Assembly (NCBI GenBank): GCA_030141605.1
Contig: JAQGDQ010000057.1
Span: 434,001 to 498,000, forward strand
Length of the DNA: 64,000 nt
Direction of reading: 5' to 3'
Source: Tubiluchus corallicola
Lineage: Eukaryota > Animalia > Priapulida
Position numbers and translations under genes: made by a program. A model generated the notes under the pieces. That model searched no databases. It worked only from the letters and a program-made list of their open reading frames with translations, and was not told the DNA's origin. This document shows, in pieces, positions 35,761-48,710 of the stretch (position 1 is the stretch's first letter; each line of letters opens with the position of its first letter).

Positions 35761-38700
35761 AAATATGCAAATTAATTACATAAATTCTATTTCTCTAGAC
35801 TTGCATAATACTTATCTAATTTTTTTACTGTGGGTGATCCATTGGCCCTTTTTGAGTTTATTTTAATAAAAAATATCATATTGACTACTCTGAACTCATT
35901 ATGGCACATGACTACTGAACAGTATTTCGTATCCTCAAAGAAATACCTTTTTTGCATTTGTTTACGAAACTTATTTGCTGTCAACACTATTTGACACATA
36001 AACTTGTAAACTTTAATATCGTTAAGAGGAGTATATCCATCATTACTTTAGTAATTGCCCATTTGCTTTTAAATTATTGCCTATTATTATTTATAAAACA
36101 TCCACACAACTTTCCAGAAGATTTAGACCAACATCATTAGTCAACTTTAGCTATCTTTAAAAGCGTCTGTAAAATACGATATTAAAAATATTTTTATAAA
36201 CTCAAATTTGCCAAAAACTATCATAGTACCATAGTAGAAATCTTATTTTATGTTATTGCTGTACATTTATGTTTTATAGTCAATTTAAAAACAGCTGAAG
36301 ATGATGAGCGTTATAACTCGACGTTCTGAGAAATTGTGTGATGCTTTTAATAAGTCATTTAAGGTTAAATGCCTGATATTGTGAATCATTTTTTGACGTT
36401 CCTATATTATTATTTTAGTTGCATTCATTTTCTGTACATTACTGTTTTCGTTGATCGTTAATTATGACAAAACTCATTCTTTCTGAAAATTTTATAACGA
36501 CTTTGATGTACTCACCTTCACAGCTGAAAATTTTAAATTCTTTACAACAAGAACAATATCTACTTCATAAACAACATGATGTGTTCAGTAGAAACATTGG
36601 ATTTTTCTATAAAAATTTAATGAAACTTACCGTATTGTGGATTGTTTATGAAATAGTAATGGCTATTTTTCTAATTCAACTCAGTCAGTTCTGTGATCAA
36701 GTTTTTATGAAAATAAAATGCATTTTGTGAATTTCAGTAATCTTTTTTTAATGAAGAAAACAAATTGTTTTGCGTTACATTATGACTGTAATCTCAAGTA
36801 TTTCAAGAGGTTTAGTCATTCCATCCCTCGTTATTTGCTATTACCATTCTGAGCATATTGTAGCATATTGTAATAGTCATATTGACCTGGTTCTCCTAGA
36901 AGAGAAAATACATTGTGCATATACATGCTTGTTCTAGTTCTTCACATTCTGTGTACATTGCAGAATTGAGAAAATATATTTATGTTTTTGTACATTATTG
37001 TTATTAACATATTGTATTATGAGAATAATGTAAATCATAGGAAATACACAATGTAACTACATGCCCTTTTGTTAACTCGTATTCTATATTGTACTGAATG
37101 TGATGTAGAATACAAAAAGAGTGTTATGTATGTACGTGTACTGTAAAACAAACATCAATATTAGGTTGTTGGCAAGTTCACAGCAAAAGTGGCTGTGAGT
37201 TACGAATCACCAATGTTCTATTCAGTTATTTAATTAATGGAATAAAAATGGGTAGAGTAGTGCAACTGATTTCTTAAACACCAGTTAGATGCTAGATAGT
37301 GACATATCCTCCATGAACGTTATGGAGTTCACTCTAAAACAGGCCTTATATAGCAAATGTTGGCTCCTTGTGCTGAGGTGAAGAAAGTTCTGTTTGGAAT
37401 TCTGTTTTAAAAACGTTTGAAAGGAAAACGACAGAATACGTCATTTTCTTTTCAAAACGAATAATTTTTAGTTCTTAATTGCTTCATTTTTGCACAACAT
37501 CTGAGCTGGATGCTATTTCTGTAAATTGAGGGAAGAAACAAAGAGACAAACTAATAATACTACTCATAAGTAGAGTAAAACAGATTTTTATGCAAAAAAA
37601 ATAATGAGGCTCCTCACACTGTTGTTCATCCACCAGCATGTTTTTGTGTAGCGTAAGTGAATCTAGGGCTGTAATTTGACACAAAGAAGAATCGAAATTA
37701 CTAACTCGTTTTTCTCATGCTACCAGATGTCATTAGACTTCTATTCTATAAGCTAGCCATTAAGCATCAGTGAGTGACTTAGACAACTGATTCAGAAACA
37801 AACATCGTTGTTTCTTAGCGCTTAAAAATCAACCCATTTGTGCCATTTTTACCGTGCTATTTTTACCTACATTCCCCTTAGGCAGCACTTATGCATATGG
37901 GGTATGATACTTATAATAGGCCTGTATGTATAACAATTGCAATAAAGAAATATATACGTATAATTCTAGTCACCTTGAATGAATAAAAGTCCCACATTTA
38001 AAAAAGGAAAGAGCACGATGTTTCGATCATTGTAGTTCTTCCGGTGAAGAACATAAAAAGAAAAAAATTAAAGAAATTACTAAAACCACTAAACTAATTT
38101 TTTGGGGAGTTTTTTTTTATTTTATATTATTAACATAAACGGGATATCACACTAAAAAGCTTACAATCAGTAGAAAAAAACAGAAATAAAGTAGATAAAA
38201 ACACAACTAGTTTGAAACCCAAAATGCGTAAAATCACTAGCCACAGTTGCAAAACATTATAATTGTTAGTTTCTGTTGTACACGCTGTTTTGTAATGAGT
38301 GCCGAATCTGCAGGTACACTACAGTACCACGAACGTTCAAATTGAGGAACGGGAGAAGTTGCCGCTCATAAAGACATTTGAGTTCGATTTCACTATTTGA
38401 TGGTTTTTATATGCATATAAATGACTGGGATTTAGGCATTTCGCATTTGACAGTACTGTAGGTATAATAATAATAAGCAAGATTATAAATTTTACTCAAC
38501 TTTGTAAACATTCATCAAAACTAGTAATTAAATCAAAACACAGAAATTAATATTAAACACAAAAAACGTCGAATATAATGATGTAAAGACATCAAATATA
38601 AAGACATCTTTACCTGTAAAACAGGTAGAACAATATGGCTCACGTATTACATATTACGTTCCTTTTCACTCTCGGGGATTTGTAATTTCTATTTGAATTT

Positions 38701-38975
38701 CGGTTTTTATTCAATTGTTCAGTGCCTCTACTCAATAGTGTAATAACTCCCTTCGGCCTTAATGCAAGTCCTTAAACGATTAAACTTTGACAAAAACTTT
38801 TTAGAAATATAATACCAATAATAAAATTTTAGGATTAAAAGATTGGCGTTGTAACAACAGTTACAGTATGCGGCATTCCATCAGTGCCATTACTACAGCA
38901 GATTAGTTGGCTCATACATGCTATTCAGGTTGTTTCTCTGACTGCCCAATACTATAGGCCTATATATAGTACCAC

Positions 38976-40391
38976 CTAAATGAAGTAAAAGTGTTTGATT
39001 AATTGTCCATATTGCTCAATTTTAACTTCAAGAGTATGCGTAATGTTATCTAACAGCATTTGAAGTGAAGTATCGTCTACGACATCTTTCTCGTTTTCTT
39101 CCAGCAAATTCGTGTACATCATTTGTCTTATTTCAGTTTCTTGTCTGAAATGGAAACACATGTGCAGTAACTCGCTATAAAGGACTCGATAGTATTCATT
39201 TTCGTCCTTTACTCTTCTTTCGCAATCTTCAGCATCAAGTGGATTTACCAGGCCTACTGAAGCATCACATATTTCAGATTCTTTGTCGCTTAATTTTAAT
39301 TCAGATTCCCTGCTGCCATCTCCTCTATCAGAAATATCAGAGTTTACAGGCACTTTGGAAAATACCTCATGGACGTCATCTGTTCCTTTGCAGTCCCCTT
39401 TCACGATACTTGAGCTATGCTTGTTTATTGCAGCTGCCTGTTCTGGTAATCCATCCCTTATCTTGTTATTTTGCTGGGATATAGTTGCATCGGTAGTTTC
39501 TGTGAACTGTGTGCTGTCAGTTTCTGGTAGCTTATAGCTGTGTTCTTCCATTATTTTGGCAACATTTTCTGCAACAGTCTTATTAGCATCTGATAAAGTG
39601 ACATTTGCTATCGCTTTATTGGTTGCATTTTTCCCTAAATCAGTTATCGTTTTTTCCAAGCATCCTTCTTTGATCGCATTTTCTCCAGTATTTTGCGTCA
39701 CATCTTCCTTCTCTGCTTTATCAAGAGCTTTTTCGCATTTTTCTTGGTTTTTAATTTTCACTTCTCTTAAACCTTCAACAAGTTCACTTTCTGACCTTTC
39801 ATCCATGACAATATTTTCGTCATTGCTTTCTATCACATCCTTTATAATGTCTTGCATGCATTTATTTGTTGAGTCATTTGAATTCTCCCACGTTCTGTTA
39901 GTGTTAAATGTATCCTCAAAGTCAGATTCCTCAGATTCAGAACTCGTTTCATCCATGAATTCGTCCAAGCCAAGTACAACAATCTGCTTCTTTATCAGTG
40001 CCAACTCAACCTCTCTTGTTAAGTCTGCACTTAAAAATTGGCGTTCTTTCTCTGCTACTATTTTCTGTCGTTCGTTTTGTGGTATTTCATTCCAATTTTC
40101 CATGTCTACCAACTCTTTCTCTCGCCCAAGATGGTCTTTGGCCATCTGCACCACTAGCACGTGAAGCTCAAGGTGGCGATCTAAATATTCCATATCTGCT
40201 AGAACTCTCTTGATTTTTTTCGCGGCGTCTGTATCTTTACATCGTGCTTCATTTTTGATATCAGTGTTTTTGCATGCTTCTTGTTTTCCATTTTTAACAT
40301 CGTCAAAAACAATGGCTTCGCATATTCTCGTTTTTCCAGCTGATGTCAGGTCAAATTTGTCTGCACTATTAGTACTAAATGATGACGACAT
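38976..40391 (-). CDS. Intronless 471-aa acidic hypothetical protein (helical ends, disordered middle)
   Basis: 1416-nt uninterrupted ORF in very AT-rich DNA; ATG in aagATG context; E/D/K-rich composition; AATAAA ~270 nt downstream (plus tttatt at ~38706). Confidence 0.8.
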   Translation of the reverse strand: MSSSFSTNSADKFDLTSAGKTRICEAIVFDDVKNGKQEACKNTDIKNEARCKDTDAAKKIKRVLADMEYLDRHLELHVLVVQMAKDHLGREKELVDMENWNEIPQNERQKIVAEKERQFLSADLTREVELALIKKQIVVLGLDEFMDETSSESEESDFEDTFNTNRTWENSNDSTNKCMQDIIKDVIESNDENIVMDERSESELVEGLREVKIKNQEKCEKALDKAEKEDVTQNTGENAIKEGCLEKTITDLGKNATNKAIANVTLSDANKTVAENVAKIMEEHSYKLPETDSTQFTETTDATISQQNNKIRDGLPEQAAAINKHSSSIVKGDCKGTDDVHEVFSKVPVNSDISDRGDGSRESELKLSDKESEICDASVGLVNPLDAEDCERRVKDENEYYRVLYSELLHMCFHFRQETEIRQMMYTNLLEENEKDVVDDTSLQMLLDNITHTLEVKIEQYGQLIKHFYFI

Positions 40392-43300
40392 CTTAAAGTA
40401 ATTTTCTTGGTTAAACTAGTGTTACAACCTTTAGATAATGAATAACAGAAGTTCCCGGAGCTAAAGACTTTGCAATCGCAACGTTTGCGTTCTAAATCAA
40501 ATTCTGCAGTTCTATTTCAATTTTCCAAACAAACAATGCAGCTTTGCTGACTTTATATACATTATCTTTTGATTGAACGGGTAGATTCATTTTTATTCTG
40601 CATGCAATCAAATTTAGGCCATGTATGTAAAAAGCAAATTTGTTCAATTTTGGTCGAGCGTACGTGACCATACGTTTTTGACGTGAGATTATTAGAAGAT
40701 GTTCCTGTCGATATGGAACTGGCCAAATTATGTGATAAAATTCTTGATTCGTCTGGATCTAGGTAACCTACAAAACCTTGAGGACAATCAATCCTCACTT
40801 AGAAGCAGATAAGGTCTACCCAAACCGTTCTAAATTCTACCTACCTAAATTCACTGTTAAAGTTTTTGAAGTAGAAAGACTTGAATTAGGAGAAAAGTAG
40901 TAAGTTTAAATTATTGAAACCGCCATTCAGGACATTGTTGTAACGAGCTTTGCCCAGTCAAGTTATTGAATAAATATCTTTTCTTATCCTGTTTCTTATC
41001 TCACCTTATGACTTGTTTTTACCAGATCCTGCTTGTTCTTTCACTTTCTTATCGAAAGAGGGGGATGGAATAAATTACTCAGAGAGGAGCCGCCTCTGTG
41101 TTTGCAGAAGAGACGTGCAGGATGAAGAACACATAATACTGTGTCTTTGTGTGAAAAGTGAATATTTTAGAGAACTTTAAACAGAGAGTGTTTTAACATT
41201 TTCAGTGATCACATTTTTGTATAACTAACCCAACTTGCTCTTTTTGAAATTATTTGTAACTATTGTGAAAAGACTGCCACTAGTCAATAAATCTACTGCT
41301 ACTACTAACTTTTCGTCCAGTTACCTGTAGTTTCTTTAATTTCCATTTTATGGGTTCTCGTCTCTTAAATATCAGTCATTTGTATGTTTTGTAACTTTCC
41401 AGCTGTTTAGCTGTATTTGTTTTAATTTATATTTTATATGGACCTCGAGTCCAAAAAAATAAATAAAATAAAAACAAAAAGTAAGAATCACGTAAAACTA
41501 AAAAATATGTAATAAAACGTATTTAGAATTAGACAAAATAAAGTTAGTTTAATTTTGAACTTAATTTTTTTTATTAGTTGCAACCATTTTAAGTTCGCGT
41601 TGTTGTTTCTTCATATTTGGTTTATTTCAAGGAATGGTATTACTGTATAATTATTTTGCTCCAATCTTTAAATCAAATCAAGTCAAACTTTATTTCAAGT
41701 CGTGTTTTACATAAACATAAAACACTAGCTCCCAAAAGCACATTTCATATCACAAATGTGTATGTACACGCACAGTATAATAAAAACCATAAAATTATCA
41801 ATTAGCGCGTCATGCAGTACATTTATATTCATCATCTTTCCAAGTTTACGTATTTTGAAACATATCATAACTAGATGCATTTCGTATATTGTTTGCCAAT
41901 TTTTTTCTCAAACTGCAGCAGAATATCAGAAAGATGTTAAAGCGTATTTAGTATATTTGACCCGGGGTACTTTTTAAATTCTTCCATATAGTACCTAGAT
42001 TCTTTAATTGCTACAAGATCATGTAAGTAGCTAGTTCACAGCATCTTTGCTGATTTACATGTTAAATTTTATGTTGGATATGTTATAATGTTAAAGGAGG
42101 AGTTAAAAAATATTAAAATATATCTGAACAAACTCCATACAAAGTTATATTAATTTGCATTACTGCTTAGCTGTTTGCATGACACATGACACCGTAATGG
42201 AAAATAAATTCTGAATAATTTAAAATGTTCGCGCCATCTGGTCACTGTTTCACTATCCCAGTGTGCACTGAAAGAACACCACTGGTTCACCAGAAACATA
42301 TTATTGACGAGATCAAGGTTACTTATGCTATTCTTAGTTTGCGAAGTCATACAAAGTCACTAGAGTGCTACGAATGCTTTGATTATTTTTTTCGAATTTT
42401 ACCCAAAGTCCTCTAAATTTGTTTCAAACGAATTATCGTTAAAATAGTTGTAACTAAGGTCATCCCGAGTTTAAATTTCTAGCGTTACTCCTAATACAAG
42501 TTCTGCGGGCAATAAGACAGCGCAGTATAGGTGAAACACACTTTCAAGGCAAATAATTTCCTTTATGTAAGAGTAGTGTTTTCTTGTGCTTCAATATGAA
42601 ATTACTTTCATGAACTGAAAAAATCTCAAAGTTAAAAAACAAAGAAAAGAATACTTTATCTTTATTTTTAAGAAAAGGTGCAAATAAATTACTAATGTTA
42701 ATCAATAATGAAAATAATAAAACGCAGTATCAAAAACGCAGCAGCAAACTAAATAAAAAACACAACACTCTGTTCTGTGACAATGGCATTGATTTTATAC
42801 TTCTGTGATTCTTCCCTGTGTCCTCTAATTAATGGTGTAAATTCATGGAATAAACCCAAACCTATCAGTTTATAAACAAGTCTGACAAAAAGGTTGGTAT
42901 CTGCATCCTTCACAGCACAGCATGTATACATATTTACACCAAACGTTCATGAGTACATCATTAAGATATGTACATTACAAGATATACAATGTTTACATAT
43001 TTACAAAAATTAAAGAAAGTAGTCAAGTTAAACTTGACTACTATGGTCTATTTATGATACGTTAATGGCACTCAGTTTTTTAATTAATTAGTAACGGTAC
43101 AATTTTATCGTCTAAAAGGCGAGAAAACGCCTAAAATTAGTAATATAGTTTTGTACATATTCAAAAATTTTAACAAGTTAATTCATAACCTAACTGTTCA
43201 TCTGTCCGTACTTCACTAGTAGATAGGATTATAATGTATTTGTAACCTATCTAATCTCTTTACAGTAGCAATCATCAGAGAATCTTGTACCCTATTTGTT

Positions 43301-43490
43301 TTCATGTTAGTATAAACGCGGTATGATCCTAAATTATACACACTCGCGCTCCAATTTACATACAAACAAATAGTATATGCACGGGGCATAGTGCAAAGTA
43401 GATACAACAGCATGTATGTTTATAACTCCTTATGGTGACTTACAGACAGAAGTAATTTTATGTGGTTTAAGTAAGCTCACTTTTTGGACA

Positions 43491-44092
43491 ATGAAAACAT
43501 CGACGGAGAAAAGTGGAATACATTTGTCGTGGTGTCAAGTTATCGTGTTGTTGTTTATTTTCATCAGCATTACAGTGACAATTGGTCTCATCGTGGGTCT
43601 AACGGAAACGGGCTGCAAAAGTAAAGACGACATCGTTGTACAGCCCGAGTTTAAACGATACGATTATCCGATTCTACCACAAACCCTGCTGCCTGTGCAC
43701 TATGATGTCAGTATTCAGCCTTATTTGGACACGGGCTCTCCAAGCGCAGACTTCACGTTTACAGGTGAGGTAGACGTTATTGTGCAATGTCAGGCGGAGA
43801 CAAACAGAATATTTCTAAACCTGAGAAATTTAACTGTGGATGAAACTAGCGTCTCGGTAAGAGAATTGGGCGATTATACGTCACCACGGGGGGTTGGCTA
43901 CGCAACCAAGGCCTACGTTGAGGCGCACAGTACCGAGTATGACGTCAAAAACGAATTTTACATCATTAATTTGTGGAATAAGTTAAAAGTGGGTAAGAAA
44001 TACGGTGTTTACATGCAGTTCATTGGTTGGCTGAAGGACGACCTGAGAGGATTCTACAGAAGCAAATATACAACAAAAGATGGGGACGTGAG
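43491..44092 (+). CDS. Aminopeptidase exon 1 (alternative in-frame ATG at 43416)
   Basis: [26 protein letters not shown]; ends GFYRSKY...AG|gtaaga. Confidence 0.9.
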
Positions 44093-46918
44093 GTAAGACT
44101 AGCGAAGACCTAATAGCATAATTACAGCTAAAATTATGTAAATGACTCATTAAGCCAGAAGTATTTGTTTGATTGTCACCTAGCTTTTTTAACCAGTCAG
44201 AAAGTGATAAGAAACTGATCATAAAAGATCATAAAAATTTTACTGATCAAGATAATGCTTTCCCTATATTTCAGTATAGGAAAGAACTATATACTTTTTA
44301 TTGTTCTCAAGCTCGACTATAATCAATATGAAATAGACACAGTTTGCGCTTTATCCAATTTAAATAATTTTCTCCATGTTAAATACAATTTATTTTACTT
44401 TAGGTGGGTTGCTAGCACCCAGATGGCGCCAGCCGATGCACGACAAGCATTTCCTTGCTTTGATGAACCCAGTTTAAAAGCGACTTTTCAAATACACATC
44501 ATCAGACCAAAAAATTTAATTTCTCTCTCTAATATGGACATAATCTATTCTGAAAATTGGTAAGGAAAAATTACGATTGCTACAATCGTTTCATAATTAT
44601 AGTCTAGGCTAATCTTCCAAAACTCTACCTGCTACAGAGCCTACGTGCACTCTTCTGCAGAGCACAGCATGTAGATGATTGCAAAGAAATATACAGGCCA
44701 AAAATACCTAAATACCTAACATAATTATTAAAAGTGTATTATGTGAACACGCGGTATTGTAATTTCCAGGTAGCTTTGAAATTACTGTAATTATCATAAA
44801 TGCTTTAAGTGCCAACTTTTATTGTTTCAGGGGTGATGAATGGATGGTAGACCATTACCAGTCATCGGTTGTCATGCCAACGTACATAGTCGCATTTGCT
44901 GTGTGCGATTTCGTATACATAGAAAATACGACTGCTGATGGTAGAATAAAGGCATGGCATTTTTAAGCATACATGTAGTTTGCCAAGTTTTCTTATACTG
45001 GAATACTGGCAGTTCAAAAAGTTTCAATCGATATTTAACATAAACTTTGACAGTGCGTAATAAAAATATACGCATAGAAGTATAAAATAGCCACTTTGTA
45101 ATATGTATACTTGCGTGGTCATTATGATAGCTTCGATATTATCTCGGTTGTCAATCTTCAGTTATAGAAACGACAATTCTATTTAATGGTTTGGGAATGT
45201 ATATAATGATTTAGCGAACCGAGCTAAGTCTCATCCTTCTACCATGCTCTAGAATATTGTGATTCAGCATTAAGTAATGTAATTTAAGCTTTATTATGTT
45301 ACAAAATGCTCATTATGTGACAAAAACTGATGCATTATGCAAGAAATCACAAAAATCGTCATACTCTAACGAATTACATCATTATGTGACAATCACTATG
45401 TAACAAAAATTATGTTACATGTAACAGACAAACACAGGCGAGGTCACGGTCTGCAGTTAGGTCTTGTCACGGTCTGGATTTGTCTAATTGTTGGGCTGGG
45501 CCTATTTCTTTCTGTTCTAGATGTGGGTCTGGGTCCACCTCGATCTGGTCTTGCTTGGGGTCTAGTATTTGAGAGATGTGACCGTCTGAAGTCTGGTTTA
45601 TGTGAATGTGATCTGTAAGAGGTCTGGTTTAGCTGGATTCGGCCTGACATGGCTATATGGTTTGTCGATGTCAGAAACTGGAAAATGATACCAAATTATG
45701 AGGATATTTTTATCCTGGCAAATTACTACTTCTTGATCATTTTGTTGGAAGTGGAAATTCTTGTACACGTTTATCTTTGAAAGCTATTACAACAACAAGA
45801 TCCAGACGTGTATGACACGTACGGACTAATTTGCAGGCCAATTTTTCAATCTGGGTTCAATCAAACCAGGCCAGACCAGTCCTGTGACAAATTAAATCTC
45901 AAGCAGACTAGACACAAAACAGACTAGCTACAGATCAGACCTATGGTAGTTCAGATTTCAGATAGACAAACCAGCAACAATCCTTGTTAGATCACGTCTC
46001 AGGTAGACTAGACCCAAGACGGACCGCCACAGAACAGACAGATAGGTCAAACTTCAGGTAGACCAGACCCATGTCTAGTACAGAAAAAAAACTGACCCAG
46101 TACAGTAATTAGAACACATTGAGACCATGACAAGACCCATCTGTAGACTTATCTTTCTTGTAAGATAATGTATCACTCATTAATAATTGTTACATAACGA
46201 CAGAAAAATTTCTTATATAACGACAGATATCTGATTTGTTACCATTTTTGTTTCATAATAAATCTTGACAGACGTTACTTTGGCAAGGTGGCGCAAATTC
46301 AAACTGTTGGGCATTTGATACATCCGTAATGGTATGCTAATCATAAAGAAAGGTATTTAGAAATCATGCAGTAAATAAAGAGGAAAGAAAGAGAAAAAAG
46401 AAGGAAAAAGAAAAGAAAAAAGAAAGAAAAGAGAAAAGAAGGAAATAGAAAGCGAAAGAAAGAAAAAAGACGAAAGAACCATTGTAGTTCATTGCCGAGT
46501 GCCTTATTCTCTTTTTAGATGCGTGCCTATTCACAAACTCAGTTACAGGAACATACTAGCTATATTCTTGATGCACATGTAGCGATGATACCATATTTGG
46601 AAGAGTACTTCGGGATTCAATATCCAATGAACAAATTGTGTAAGAAGTAATCATATCGCAAATCTTTTGTTGACGCAATAAAATGTTTTACTGTTTATAG
46701 CAATATATTATACGCAACAAATAAAAACTTATTTTTGCAGAAACTGGGTTGAGATGTCATGATAGGCCAGGTTGAAAAGCATCATCTAATCTAACGTCAT
46801 GGCCCTAATAACCTGAACATTTACAGAAGACTTAAAATATAACTTACTTACTTGCTTGCTTGCTTACTTACTTACTTGCTTGCTTGCTTGCTAGCTTGCT
46901 TGCTTACTTGCTTACTTG

Positions 46919-46980
<62 letters not shown>

Positions 46981-48633
46981 ACTTACGTACTTACTTACTT
47001 GCTCACTTACGTACTTATACAAGTGCTTCAACGCTCTAAACCTGTCGTTTTGTTCAGTGAAACGGTTTATTTATTATAATAACTTTGGTGTAGTTATTAG
47101 TTGATATAGGACACTTAACAATTGTACTGCCAAGCGTACAATTTCTATAAGATTTTTACACAGCAAAAATTGTTGTTATATTTTTATCAAACGAAACTAA
47201 AATCAATTGCAGACATGGCTGGGATCCCTGAGTTTAGATACGGAGCTATGGAAAATTACGGTTTCATTGTTTATAATGAAAAAACCAAGCTAACATACGA
47301 CCCGACATCGAAACTAGCTCGAAATCAGAAGAGAAGTCTCTACACAATGGGGCATGAAGTAGCTCATCAGGTGAAAACATTTCAAAATTTACTTTTAGAA
47401 CGATTTTCACTAAAGCCAACGACAGAAAGCCGTGAAATTATACTCAGGCTAAGTGAAGTCTTAGTAAATTGAGTGTTCCAGTTTACTTGAAAACAGTATC
47501 TGACATCAACGTAGTGTTTATTAAACGCCGATGATCGTTTCGGCGGCAACTGTCATTATCAAAACTAGAAATCAAGCAGAACAAATGCATTTGTGACAGC
47601 AGAAACAAATACATTTGTGACACTACAACAAAGGTACAAAATATAGTTACAAAATCAAAAGCACTTGTTTGTGTTAGATTAATTGTTTGCTGTAGATGTG
47701 ATCTTTGTCTGAATCTCATGTATGAGGTTTTTTGAATTATTTGAATTATGAATTTATTCCACAGCAACTCAAACATACATATAAATTGATATAACATTGA
47801 AAAAAACATAAACTATGCGAGTTACTGTAAGGAGGAGGAAGGAGCATTTAGCTTTCGAGTCCTCCTCCAGAACCTTTTTATATTTTCTTTTGCATTTTCT
47901 TATGAGTCTCTTTCCAGTCGTTTCCACTTATATTTGGTAATAAAAATTTACTCTTTTGATTTTGTAACTATATTGTGCCTTGGTTGTAGTGTCATCTATT
48001 AGCTTGATACCTAACATTGATAATGACATTTGCTATGGAAACCGTCGTCTGCGCTTAAAAAAACACCATGTTGATTTTCAGAGGCCTGGCTTTTTCAAGT
48101 ATCTGAAATGTCTTGCATATGTGTGTAATTTACAAAATAATTCATGCTTATGGTTTTCTGTTATTTAGTGGTTTGGGAATTTGGCAACTCACGCTTGGTG
48201 GGATCATGTCTGGATGAAAGAGGGATTTGCAACATTTTTGGGACATATGGCAGCTGATTTTTTCGAACCAACTCTTAAAATGGTAAACCAAAAAGAACGC
48301 ATGTACGCGTTCTGGTGACCAATCCTGCCTACTCGAGTTCTTTATCTAGTATAATAAGAATGGCATAATTTAGTGAAATGCAAATAAAAAATTATATTTG
48401 TATTTGGGAAGATCATGACCAGTATTTTAAAGTTTTCATACAGCTGCATGTAAGCCAAGCATTCGTCATAGCTATTCGTAGTTAATACTAGACTTGCTTA
48501 AACCTTTTTCAAAAGTTTCCGAGTTTCTTTTTCAGTGATTGGTGTTAGTTTTACTGTAAATTATTGCGTGTGTAACGTGCATACGTAACGCTATCGTAAA
48601 TATTAAAACTTTAATTCATTACGGAGGTTCGCG

Positions 48634-48710
<77 letters not shown>

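Noticed and set aside
39239-40401. Plus-strand ORFs including the 202-aa ORF at 39556-40164
   Set aside because: Antisense shadows of the 471-aa ORF (S/F/L-rich mirror of E/K/D codons).
45449-46148. CRISPR-like array
   Set aside because: Degenerate short motifs in inverted arms, no constant repeat-spacer period, eukaryotic context.
46852-47104. LLTY-repeat ORFs
   Set aside because: Translation of the (ACTT)n microsatellite.
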